Shown one piece after another: positions 41,060 to 50,261 of a stretch of DNA of 64,000 nt. Origin of the DNA: Hyphomicrobiaceae bacterium. Lineage in GTDB: Bacteria > Pseudomonadota > Alphaproteobacteria > Rhizobiales > Hyphomicrobiaceae. The DNA lies in assembly GCA_041397805.1 (NCBI GenBank), contig JAWKWD010000017.1:8234-72233 (forward strand), given 5' to 3'. Made by a program: the position numbers and the translations under genes. Under the pieces are notes generated by a model. The model was not told the DNA's origin and made no database searches. It saw only the letters and a list, made by a program, of their open reading frames with translations. Position 1 is the first letter of the stretch. The number at the start of each line of letters is the position of its first letter.

Positions 41060-44000
41060 ATGATGTCTCCTGCGGATCGGTCCGAGCCTTCCCACCGCCT
41101 GGTGCTGCCGGCGGAGGCCGGGTTTGCGCTCGCTGTCTCTTTCGCTTCAGCGTGGTTGCTTCCCTCGCTTGGGCGCGGTCTCGCTGACGGGCTGTTCTTC
41201 TCGTTTTCAGCGGGAGTGGTACTTGGGCTGCTCGCCGCAGCGAAAGGCAGTCGCCGGCCGGTTGTCGGCTTCGCGCTGTTCTTGGGGACTGCATTGGGCG
41301 CCGTCGCATCCGGCGATCATCTGCCCGGAGCGGCAGGCCTGGCGGCGGCACAGCTCGTAGAGGCGGTGCTCGTCCTCTGGCTACTCCGCCACTTTGACGT
41401 CGAACCCGCGCTCCTGGACCGGCTTGGTTCAGTAGCGGTGTTCGTGTTGGCGTGCTTCGCGGCGGCAATGGCCACGGGCGCCGCAATGGCTCTCCTCGCT
41501 CGCCTGGCCGCGCCGGGAGAGCCTTTGAGCATAGTCGCCGTCGCGTGGCGGTCGTGGCTGCTGTCTCAGCTCGTTGGCTCGGTCGCCATCGCACCGCTCA
41601 CCGCGCAACTCCGGAGCAGGCTGGTCGAGCGCCCCGGCGTGAATTACACCCATCTTGCCAACGTATTGATAGTGGTCACGGGCGTTCTCGTACTGATCGG
41701 AACGATCGCGCCCGACGCTGATGTGCTCGTCCTGTACGCTTCCTTGTTCATCCTGCCACTGGTGGTCTGGGTGGGAGTTGCGAACGGTGTGCGCCGAGCG
41801 GCGGCCGCCACGGCGATCCTGGCGATCGTCACGTCGTCGCTTACGCTTGGCTCGGCAGGTCTCTTGGGAAGGAACGTGGTCGTAGGACAGGCTGTCACAC
41901 TCGCAATGTCGGGCTTTCTGCTTGCGCTCGGGGCCATGGCGCAGCGACTTGTCGTCCCTGGTTCGCGTCGTGATGGAGAGAGGGAGCTTGGTAGCGCGAG
42001 AGCCTTGATGGTCCTCGTACCCGTGATGCTCTTCGCAGCCTTCGCTTGGTGGTCCTGGCGCGACGTCGCGGCTCAGCTCGATGAAAGGGTCGAGCGGGCC
42101 TCCGCAGCAATGGTCGAGCATGCCCGGCGGGTTTTCGATGTGCAGGAGTCGTTGTTGCAGGCGGCCATTGCGAGCCTCAAGGGGCGCGATGCCGAAACTC
42201 TTGCGAAAGATGCCAGCGTCCACAGCCTGCTCCGTCATCTGCAGCTGACGAGCCCTACGTCACGGCTGCTGGCCATTGTGCGGCTCGACACGCAGAGGCT
42301 CGTCGCCTCGTCTGCGGAGTTGCCGGCACCTCCAGTCGACCTGTCGCAGCGCGAGTACGTGCGGATGCATATCGAGAGGAACATTGAGACTGCCGTTGGC
42401 GGAACCATCGAGACGGCCTCGAGCGGCCTCACTGGATTCACATACAGCCGCCGGATCCCGGATACCGATCTCGTTGTCGTGTCGCTCGTGGCGAAGCCGG
42501 ACTTCGAACGGCTCTACAGAGGGCAGATCGATTCCAGAGACGACGTCTTGTTGCTGCTCCGCAGTGATGGTGCGGTGCTCGCCGGCTATCCTGAAGCAAG
42601 GCAGGTCGAGCCGGCGTCGGCCATCAAGCAACTTCTGACCAGCCATCCTCGAGGCATCGTCGCGGCCCTGGATAGCGATGGAGTGCACCGTCATTTTGCG
42701 ATCAAGGAACTCGGTGAGTACCCGGCGGCGATCGTTTATGGTCTTGCCACATCGGCAATTCGGTCCGCCTGGCTCAAGCGGTTGGCGCCGTTCGCCCTCT
42801 TCACATTGATTGCTGCAATCCTGCTTCAGAGGCTTGCGGCCCGGTTGCAGGCGCTCGCCTCCGAGGCGGAAGCGGCTCGGAGTGAGGCCGCTGCCCAACG
42901 CGCGATATCGGCCGCCGGCACAGCGGCGGAAACGGCCCGACGGGAATCGCTCGAGAGCGCCGCGAGGTTGGCGGCAATCGTGGATTCCTCGACGGACGCC
43001 ATCGTCGGCAAGACGCTCGAAGGTGTCGTGACAAGTTGGAACGAGGGCGCCGAGAGGCTTTTTGGATATGCTGCAGCGGAGATGATCGGACAGCCGATTC
43101 ATCGTCTGATTCCGTTTGAGCGGCGGAGCGAAGAGGACGACATCCTCGCGCGCTTGTCGCGGGGTGAGCGCATTGCCAGCTTCGAGACGCAACGCCTTCA
43201 CAAGTCCGGCCGACGGCTTGAGGTCTCGCTCGCCATATCTCCCGTGCGGGACTCGTCGGGCCGGATCATCGGCGCGTCGAAGATTGCGCGGGACATCGGC
43301 GACCGGAAACGAGCCGAGGCACGCCTCCGCGGGAGCGAGGTGCGGTTCCGGAGCGTCTTTGAGAATGCAGCGACGGGCATCGCCATTACCGACGCGCGCG
43401 GCCAGATCGAGGACAGCAATCCCGCCCTAGGCGAGATGCTGGGATTTTCATCCGCTCAGCTCGTCGGCCGCTGCATGATCGAGTTCTTCCATCCCGACGA
43501 GCTGACCAGACGCAAGCCTGAGCTCGATCGCGTCTGGTCCGGCGAGGTGGACGAGTTCGTCGATCAGTGCAGATGGCAGCGTTCCGGTGGTGAGGACGTT
43601 TGGACACGGCTGCAGGTCGCACCTCTGGGCGATGGCGACAATGGGGCGACCCGCTTCGTCGTTCTCGCGAGCGATATGACAGAGCAGCGGCAAGCCGTAG
43701 AACGGCAAAAGCTCATGATGCGAGAGCTGGCCCATCGGGGAAAGAACCTGCTGGCGGTCATCCAATCGATCGCGACGCGCAGTATGTCGGGCAACATCCC
43801 CCTTGCTGACGCCAGAAAGGCATTTCAGGGACGCTTGCAGGCTTTGGCCCGCACCTACGGAACGCTGACGGACGAGGCGTTCGCCGGGGCCGATCTGGCA
43901 CAGCTCATACGGTCGGAAGTCTTGATCTACTCGCCGCGCGCGCGAATAGAGGGCCCGCCGATCATGCTGTCCGCGCGTGCGGCTCAGACGATGTCACTGG

Positions 44001-44788
44001 TCATCCACGAGCTCGCGACCAATGCCGCGAAATACGGAGCTTTGTCCCATTATGGTGGCCGTTTGCAAATTACGTGGTTGACGCGTAGTGCCGACCCTGA
44101 GCCTCGCTTCGTACTCGAGTGGCGCGAATCCGGTAGCCGCGCGGGCTCGGAGCCGCGTGGACGTGGCTTTGGGGCAGTTCTGATATCTGAAGTGGCAGGT
44201 TCTGAATTTCAGTGTCAGCCAGAGCTGGAATTTACGCCCGACGGTCTGGTTTACCGGCTCGACGCACCGCTCGGTGCAATTGGCAGGGTGCGACCCTCCG
44301 ATCTCGGCCAGCGGTTTGAGAGCGGGGCCCTGCGGCAGCTCTACGAGCTCTGGCAGGAAGACAAGAGGACGCCCGCCGGCGTCCCACCGTTCGAGAATTT
44401 TCGTCGAGAACGGCTTTCGAGCCCCGACAACCTGACAATAGTCGAGGTCCCTGCGAAGGGCGCTATGCGAGTTCTGGAGCTCGGTGAGATGCTCGTGCGC
44501 AATCTCGGTGATGCCGCTGAGATGGTTGGCGCGGGCACAGAGCATCCGGATGCTGTTGCAGAGGCCTATCGGAGATGCGCCGACGACCGCAGGCCCGTAT
44601 TCGAGCACGCCCGCTTCGATTTCGGAGACGGCGCTCCCGTCACCTTCGAGCGGCTGCTCGTCCCCTACGAGAATGAGAGTGGACTGGTGGTCGTTGTCGG
44701 CGTAGCGGTGATTACGGGACATCCTGGGGGCCGCCGTCTGCCCGCCGCCGCCGGCGCGGCGTCTGCAATCTCGCCACTTCCAGAATAG
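41060..44788 (+). CDS. Membrane-bound multi-domain HWE-family sensor histidine kinase
   Basis: 1242 aa. Domain order: MASE1-like polytopic N-terminus; Cache-like periplasmic segment (LSQREYVRMH...) flanked by TM helices; two PAS domains; HWE/HisKA_2 H-box ELAHRGKNLLAVIQSIA (His codon at 43733); HATPase (HELATNAAKYGAL...GFG); and a C-terminal PAS_5/DUF1457-like module. Confidence 0.85.
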   Translation: MMSPADRSEPSHRLVLPAEAGFALAVSFASAWLLPSLGRGLADGLFFSFSAGVVLGLLAAAKGSRRPVVGFALFLGTALGAVASGDHLPGAAGLAAAQLVEAVLVLWLLRHFDVEPALLDRLGSVAVFVLACFAAAMATGAAMALLARLAAPGEPLSIVAVAWRSWLLSQLVGSVAIAPLTAQLRSRLVERPGVNYTHLANVLIVVTGVLVLIGTIAPDADVLVLYASLFILPLVVWVGVANGVRRAAAATAILAIVTSSLTLGSAGLLGRNVVVGQAVTLAMSGFLLALGAMAQRLVVPGSRRDGERELGSARALMVLVPVMLFAAFAWWSWRDVAAQLDERVERASAAMVEHARRVFDVQESLLQAAIASLKGRDAETLAKDASVHSLLRHLQLTSPTSRLLAIVRLDTQRLVASSAELPAPPVDLSQREYVRMHIERNIETAVGGTIETASSGLTGFTYSRRIPDTDLVVVSLVAKPDFERLYRGQIDSRDDVLLLLRSDGAVLAGYPEARQVEPASAIKQLLTSHPRGIVAALDSDGVHRHFAIKELGEYPAAIVYGLATSAIRSAWLKRLAPFALFTLIAAILLQRLAARLQALASEAEAARSEAAAQRAISAAGTAAETARRESLESAARLAAIVDSSTDAIVGKTLEGVVTSWNEGAERLFGYAAAEMIGQPIHRLIPFERRSEEDDILARLSRGERIASFETQRLHKSGRRLEVSLAISPVRDSSGRIIGASKIARDIGDRKRAEARLRGSEVRFRSVFENAATGIAITDARGQIEDSNPALGEMLGFSSAQLVGRCMIEFFHPDELTRRKPELDRVWSGEVDEFVDQCRWQRSGGEDVWTRLQVAPLGDGDNGATRFVVLASDMTEQRQAVERQKLMMRELAHRGKNLLAVIQSIATRSMSGNIPLADARKAFQGRLQALARTYGTLTDEAFAGADLAQLIRSEVLIYSPRARIEGPPIMLSARAAQTMSLVIHELATNAAKYGALSHYGGRLQITWLTRSADPEPRFVLEWRESGSRAGSEPRGRGFGAVLISEVAGSEFQCQPELEFTPDGLVYRLDAPLGAIGRVRPSDLGQRFESGALRQLYELWQEDKRTPAGVPPFENFRRERLSSPDNLTIVEVPAKGAMRVLELGEMLVRNLGDAAEMVGAGTEHPDAVAEAYRRCADDRRPVFEHARFDFGDGAPVTFERLLVPYENESGLVVVVGVAVITGHPGGRRLPAAAGAASAISPLPE

Positions 44789-44871
44789 CCAGTATGTCAT
44801 TTATTATAGAGGCTGAAACTCCAACTCTGTAATCCATCTGCCGGATCAGTCGGGAACCTCGAGGACGTACA

Positions 44872-45285
44872 ATGGTGGTCAGCCCACTCTTCGATCAGCC
44901 CGACCTCGGTCGGGTGTTGGATGGTTTTACGCCCGCGCAGCTGGACGAGATTCCGATCGGCGTGATTGGGCTAGCCGCCGACGGGCGCGTCCGCGCATTC
45001 AACAAAGCAGAAGCCGAAGGTTCTGGTTACGGCATGCGTCCCAGCCTCGGCCTCGATTTTTTTGGCGAGGTGGCTCCCTGCATGAACAATCCGTTGTTCA
45101 AGGGACGCATCGAGAGAGCCATCTCCGCCGGCACGCTGGATATCGTGTTCAATTACGTGGGCGATTTTGACGACGCTGAGCGCGAGCTGCGCTTCCGGGT
45201 CGTGTCGGCGAGCGACGGGGGGCTCTGGATCCTGACCGACCGGTCCACCGGCCGCTCGCCCGAGAGTGCACGAACCGCATCCTGA
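44872..45285 (+). CDS. pyp: Photoactive yellow protein (PYP)-like PAS photoreceptor candidate
   Basis: Gapless by-eye alignment over about 95 residues with Halorhodospira halophila PYP: QLD, G.I.L..DG, FN.AE (Asn43, Glu46), FF..VAPC (chromophore Cys69 equivalent), P.F.G, G.L...F.Y..D. GAGGA RBS 7 nt before the ATG. Confidence 0.75.
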   Translation: MVVSPLFDQPDLGRVLDGFTPAQLDEIPIGVIGLAADGRVRAFNKAEAEGSGYGMRPSLGLDFFGEVAPCMNNPLFKGRIERAISAGTLDIVFNYVGDFDDAERELRFRVVSASDGGLWILTDRSTGRSPESARTAS

Positions 45286-45657
45286 GGCTTCCCACGAGCC
45301 AACGAAGCGAGCCTGATGGTGCCGGTTCGGCGGGCTCGCTCCGGAGCGGTATGTCATTGCTGACGCAGAGAGCATGCATGGATGGTCGCGTCGCCGGCCT
45401 GTCGCGTCAGGTCCTCAAGAGGGACCTAACCCGAGCGAAGTGCTCGCGATCTCGAACCGGATGTACGATCCAGCATGGCCAAATATCCAGCAGAATGATG
45501 CCTCTCTTGCCGTAACTTCGGTCATCCCATTTCGCAAATGCGAGATAGTGTCGATCAGGAGACGTGACTGTCGCCGGGCCCAGCGAGCAGCACTGGCTCA
45601 GCTGACGATCACGCGATCACGATCATCTGGTCGCCACTGCAGGGAGAACCGCGTTTC

Positions 45658-47265
45658 ATGAAGATCAGAGCGTTGCGCAACTATTTTGCTGCCGTCTCGT
45701 TGGCCGCGTTGGCCTGCTCCTCCGTTACGCCGGCACTCGCGCAAGGCACGCTGCGCATCGGCATGACGGCCAATGACGTGCCTTTGACATGGGGTCAGCC
45801 CGACAACGGGTTCGAAGGCTACCGTTTCGTCGGTCTCACGATCTATGACGCCTTGATCAACTGGGATTTGACCACATCCGACAAGCCGTCCGGCCTTATC
45901 CCCGGCCTTGCGGAAAGCTGGAGCGTTGACGAGGCGGACAAGACGAAGTGGACTTTCAAACTCCGGAAGGGCGTGAAGTTTCACGATGGGTCTGAATTCG
46001 ACGCCGACGCCGTCGTGTTCAATTTCGAAAAGCTGTTCGATGCGAAGTCCCCCCAGTACAACGCCCGTCAGGGGTCGCTCGTCAACTTCCGCATGCCCGG
46101 CTATCAGGGCGTCAAGAAGATCGACAAATACACGGTCGAGTTTACGACCAAGGAGCCCGACAGCTTCTTTCCGTTCCAGATCTGCTATTTCCTGATTGCC
46201 TCCCCCGCTCAATGGGCAAAGACGAAGGACTGGAACAAGTTCGCCCAGGAGCCCTCCGGAACCGGACCCTTCAAGCTCGAGAAGCTTGCGGCACGCGAGC
46301 GGGCGGAGTTCGTCCCTTTCAAGGAGCATTGGGACAAGAGCCGTGTGCCAAAGCTCGACAAGCTCATCCTGCTACCGCTGCCTGACCCTAGTGCGCGGAC
46401 GGCTGCGCTGTTGTCCGGTCAGGTGGATTGGATCGAGGCGCCAGCACCTGATGCTATCCCGCGCATCAAGAGCCAAGGTATGACGGTTGTTTCCAACGTC
46501 TATCCGCACGTTTGGCCATGGCACTTCAGTCGCGTCGAGGGCTCACCCTGGAATGACATCCGTGTGCGCAAGGCAGCCAACCTTGCGGTTGATCGCGCCG
46601 GCATCGTGCAGCTTCTCGGCGGGTTTGGCGTTCCCGCGACGGGACATGTCGTGAAGGGAAGCCCCTGGTACGGCACCCCCAAATTCGAGATCAAGACAGA
46701 TGTGTCGGCCGCCAAGAAGCTCATGGCCGAAGCGGGATACGGTCCCGGCAAGCCGCTGAAAGTCAAAATGACGATCTCGGCCTCGGGCTCCGGCCAGATG
46801 TTGCCTCTGCAGATGAACGAGTACATTCAGCAGAACCTCAAGGAGGTCGGGATCGACGTCGAGTATAAGGTCGTGGAGTGGCAGGCGCTGCTCGACATCT
46901 GGCGCGCCGGCGCCAAGGCGCCGCAGGCCGAAGGCACCCATGGGGTCAATGTCTCGTACACGACGCAAGACCCCTTCAGCGCCTTCACGCGCTTCCTGCG
47001 CTCAGACGTGCACGCGCCTAAGGGCGTCAATTTCGGGTTCTATGCCGACCCCGCCATGGACGCCCTGTTGAAGGAAGCGCAGGTCACCTTCGATGCGAAG
47101 GGTCGCGACGCCGTCCTTGCCAAGGTCCACACCAAGGAGGTGGACGATGCGCTCTTCCTGTGGGTCGTGCACGATGTCGCGCCACGGGCGATGTCGCCGA
47201 AGGTGAAGGGCTTCGTTCAGTCCCAGAATTGGTTCCAGAGCCTGAGCGGCGTCTTCATCCAGTAG
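45658..47265 (+). CDS. ABC transporter substrate-binding protein, family 5 (peptide/nickel/opine type)
   Basis: Signal peptide (AAVSLAALACSSVTPALAQG), SBP_bac_5-like sequence, 535 aa. Confidence 0.9.
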   Translation: MKIRALRNYFAAVSLAALACSSVTPALAQGTLRIGMTANDVPLTWGQPDNGFEGYRFVGLTIYDALINWDLTTSDKPSGLIPGLAESWSVDEADKTKWTFKLRKGVKFHDGSEFDADAVVFNFEKLFDAKSPQYNARQGSLVNFRMPGYQGVKKIDKYTVEFTTKEPDSFFPFQICYFLIASPAQWAKTKDWNKFAQEPSGTGPFKLEKLAARERAEFVPFKEHWDKSRVPKLDKLILLPLPDPSARTAALLSGQVDWIEAPAPDAIPRIKSQGMTVVSNVYPHVWPWHFSRVEGSPWNDIRVRKAANLAVDRAGIVQLLGGFGVPATGHVVKGSPWYGTPKFEIKTDVSAAKKLMAEAGYGPGKPLKVKMTISASGSGQMLPLQMNEYIQQNLKEVGIDVEYKVVEWQALLDIWRAGAKAPQAEGTHGVNVSYTTQDPFSAFTRFLRSDVHAPKGVNFGFYADPAMDALLKEAQVTFDAKGRDAVLAKVHTKEVDDALFLWVVHDVAPRAMSPKVKGFVQSQNWFQSLSGVFIQ

Positions 47266-47342
47266 ACCGGAGCTGGGGCGGGCGCGTCGACCGACCGGCT
47301 CGCCCCGAGCTCCGATGATCCGGCTAGAGGGGCCAACGCATC

Positions 47343-48296
47343 GTGTTCGGATATATTCTCCGGCGGCTGCTTTATGCAGTGCCGATCTCGCTCGGTGTAA
47401 CGGTTCTGGTCTTCGCGCTCGTGCACATTGCGCCCGGTGACCCACTAAATGCCGTCGTGGGGGGCGACGCCCCGGCAGACGTGGTCGAGAAGCTGAAGGC
47501 CGATTACGGCTTCGACAAGCCGTTGCCAGTTCAGTACGCGCGCTGGCTCGGCCGGGCGGTGTCTGGGGATCTGGGCTTATCGGTAGTCAACAATCAACCT
47601 GTCGCGAACGCGCTCGCGAACGCGATCCCGAACACCTTGATGTTGGCAGTTGTGGCGACATCTTTTGGATTTGTGCTCGGTGCGCTGCTTGGTGGTCTCG
47701 CCGGCTACTATCAGGGAACATGGATAGATAAGCTCGCAACCGCATTCGGCGTGGCCGGGGTGTCAATTCCGCACTACTGGCTCGGCATCGTCCTCGTCAT
47801 CATTTTCGCGGTTGAGCTGCAATGGCTGCCGGCGACTGGCATCGGGCCGGGTGGCTCGGAGGGCTGGGCATGGGATTGGTTGCACGTTCGCCATCTCGTA
47901 TTGCCGGCGATCACACTCTCGGTCATCCCCTGCGGGATCATCACGCGCACGGTGCGCGCGACTGTAGCGGAAATTCTCAGTCTGGAGTTCGTGCAGGCGC
48001 TGAGCGCGAAAGGGCTGCTGCATCGAAGAATCATGATGCACATAGTAAAGAATGCAGCTCCCACGGTCCTGGCGGTCATGGGATTGCAGCTCGGCTATCT
48101 CCTAGGAGGCTCTATCCTGGTCGAGACCGTCTTCAACTGGCCGGGAACGGGCTATCTCCTTAACGATGCAATCTTCCGGCGGGACATCCCGATGCTGCAG
48201 GGGACAATCCTCGTTCTGGCGCTTTTCTTCGTCGGATTGAACCTGCTTGTCGACGTGGTGCAGACGCTCGTCGATCCGCGCATGCGCAGGAGCTGA
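47343..48296 (+). CDS. ABC transporter permease (DppB/OppB-like)
   Basis: MFGYILRRLLYAVPISLGVTVLVFALVHIAPGDP is the canonical N-terminus. Confidence 0.9.
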   Translation: MFGYILRRLLYAVPISLGVTVLVFALVHIAPGDPLNAVVGGDAPADVVEKLKADYGFDKPLPVQYARWLGRAVSGDLGLSVVNNQPVANALANAIPNTLMLAVVATSFGFVLGALLGGLAGYYQGTWIDKLATAFGVAGVSIPHYWLGIVLVIIFAVELQWLPATGIGPGGSEGWAWDWLHVRHLVLPAITLSVIPCGIITRTVRATVAEILSLEFVQALSAKGLLHRRIMMHIVKNAAPTVLAVMGLQLGYLLGGSILVETVFNWPGTGYLLNDAIFRRDIPMLQGTILVLALFFVGLNLLVDVVQTLVDPRMRRS

Positions 48297-48300
48297 CCCC

Positions 48301-49200
48301 ATGAATATCGTCACGCCTGCTGCTCCCGCCCAGATCGACGCCGGCCAGGTCGCGATGCACTCGCGGGGCTATTGGACAACGGTGCTCCAGAGGCTCGGTC
48401 GCGATCGAGTGACGCTGTTCTTTGCGAGCATCGTTTTGATAATCATTGCGAGCGCGCTCATGGCCGACGTGCTCGCGCCGCTGGATCCGCACAAGGCCAG
48501 CATGATCAAGCGCCTGAAACCCGTCGGTACCCCGGGTCACATCCTTGGAACGGACGAGACCGGACGAGACATGCTGAGCCGGCTTCTGTTCGGCGGGCGC
48601 TTGTCCCTCTTCATGGGAATTACGCCCGTCTTGGCAGCGCTTCTGATCGGTGGAGCCTTGGGAATCATCGCCGGTTTCGTTGGCGGTATCACCAACATGC
48701 TGATCATGAGAACGATGGACGTGTTCTATGCGTTTCCGTCCGTGCTCCTGGCGATTGCCATATCGGGTGCTCTCGGCGCGGGCATCTTCAACGCAATTCT
48801 GTCTTTGACGCTGGTATTCATACCGCCGCTTGCGCGCGTCGCGGAGAGCGTCACGACCCAGGTTCGCAATCTTGACTATGTTGAGGCCGCTCGCGCGTCA
48901 GGCGCCAAGGCCGGCACCATCATTCGCGTGCATGTGCTCGCCAATGTGCTCGGCGCTATATTCATCTATGCGACGAGCCTCATCAGCGTTTCGATTATCC
49001 TGGCGTCGGGTCTTTCGTTCCTCGGACTGGGCGTAAAGCCGCCAGAGCCGGAATGGGGACTGATGCTCAACACGTTGCGTCAGGCGATTTACGTAAATCC
49101 GGTGCTGGCGGCGCTGCCCGGTGTGATGATTTTCGTCACGTCGCTCAGCTTCAACCTGGTGAGCGATGGGCTGCGCTCGGCCATGGACATTCGGATGTGA
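48301..49200 (+). CDS. ABC transporter permease (DppC/OppC-like)
   Basis: GTDETGRDMLSRLLFGGRLSL and the EAARASGAK EAA-loop. Confidence 0.9.
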   Translation: MNIVTPAAPAQIDAGQVAMHSRGYWTTVLQRLGRDRVTLFFASIVLIIIASALMADVLAPLDPHKASMIKRLKPVGTPGHILGTDETGRDMLSRLLFGGRLSLFMGITPVLAALLIGGALGIIAGFVGGITNMLIMRTMDVFYAFPSVLLAIAISGALGAGIFNAILSLTLVFIPPLARVAESVTTQVRNLDYVEAARASGAKAGTIIRVHVLANVLGAIFIYATSLISVSIILASGLSFLGLGVKPPEPEWGLMLNTLRQAIYVNPVLAALPGVMIFVTSLSFNLVSDGLRSAMDIRM

Positions 49201-49211
49201 GGGCAAGAACC

Positions 49212-50261
49212 ATGGTCACGACCGCTGCTGCGGCGCCGCCGGGAGGTGCCGCGACGAGTGTCCTCAAAGTCAACGATTTGAAGAAGCATTTCCCGATCCG
49301 GGGCGGCCTCCTGAATCGCAGGATCGCTAGTGTCCAGGCGGTGGACGGCGTGAGCTTCGAGGTCCGCAAGGGAGAGACGCTCGGAATCGTGGGGGAGTCC
49401 GGATGCGGAAAGTCTACGACCGCGCGCTTGCTGATGCGTCTGATGGACCCGGACTGGGGCGACGTTCTCATCGACGGCGAGAAGGTCGGGCCTGCCGGCC
49501 TTTCGCTTCGCGACATGCGGCGGCGCATGCAGATGGTGTTCCAGGATTCGTATGCTTCGCTTAACCCTCGCTTGACGGTCGAGGACACGATTGCATTCGC
49601 GCCCATTGTTCACGGCGTACCCGCTGCCCAGGCACGGCAGCGCGCACGCGATCTTCTGGCCCGCGTCGGGCTCGAGCCGAACCTGTATATCCGCCGCTAC
49701 CCGCACGAGCTGTCCGGTGGTCAGCGCCAGCGCATCAACATCGCGCGCGCCCTGGCACTCGAGCCCGAGATCGTCATTCTGGACGAGGCCGTTTCTGCGC
49801 TCGACAAATCGGTCGAGGCCCAGGTGCTCAACCTTTTGATGGATCTGAAGCGCGAGATGTCGCTCACCTACATTTTCATTAGCCACGACCTCAACGTTGT
49901 GAACTACGTGAGCGACCGTGTTCTGGTGATGTATCTGGGCAAGGTGGTGGAGATCGGGACGGTCGAGGCGATCTACGACGCACCGCGGCATCCCTATACG
50001 AAGGCTCTGCTGTCGGCGATGCCATCCATGGACCCGGATCGCCGCGCGACCGTGGCGCCGCTCAGCGGTGATCCGCCGAACCCGATCAATCCTCCCCCCG
50101 GATGCCGTTTCCACACGCGCTGCCCTTTGGCAGAGCCGATCTGCCGTTCGAAAGAGCCGCTTCTGTTTCACTCGACCGAGAGACCGGGCGCGATGGTCGC
50201 GTGTCACGCGGCCGACCCAACATCTTCCCACTCTTCCGCTCGCGCAAAGGCTCAGTCATGA
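49212..50261 (+). CDS. ABC transporter ATP-binding protein (DppF/OppF-like)
   Basis: Walker A GESGCGKST, signature LSGGQRQR, Walker B ILDEAVSALD, oligopeptide C-terminal domain. Confidence 0.9.
   Translation: MVTTAAAAPPGGAATSVLKVNDLKKHFPIRGGLLNRRIASVQAVDGVSFEVRKGETLGIVGESGCGKSTTARLLMRLMDPDWGDVLIDGEKVGPAGLSLRDMRRRMQMVFQDSYASLNPRLTVEDTIAFAPIVHGVPAAQARQRARDLLARVGLEPNLYIRRYPHELSGGQRQRINIARALALEPEIVILDEAVSALDKSVEAQVLNLLMDLKREMSLTYIFISHDLNVVNYVSDRVLVMYLGKVVEIGTVEAIYDAPRHPYTKALLSAMPSMDPDRRATVAPLSGDPPNPINPPPGCRFHTRCPLAEPICRSKEPLLFHSTERPGAMVACHAADPTSSHSSARAKAQS

Noticed and set aside
44853-44857. GGAAC pentamer upstream of the PYP-like gene as a possible EcfG -35 element
   Set aside because: It lies only 15 nt before the ATG and overlaps the spacing needed for the GAGGA RBS, with no CGTT at N16/17. 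This is a coincidental match.
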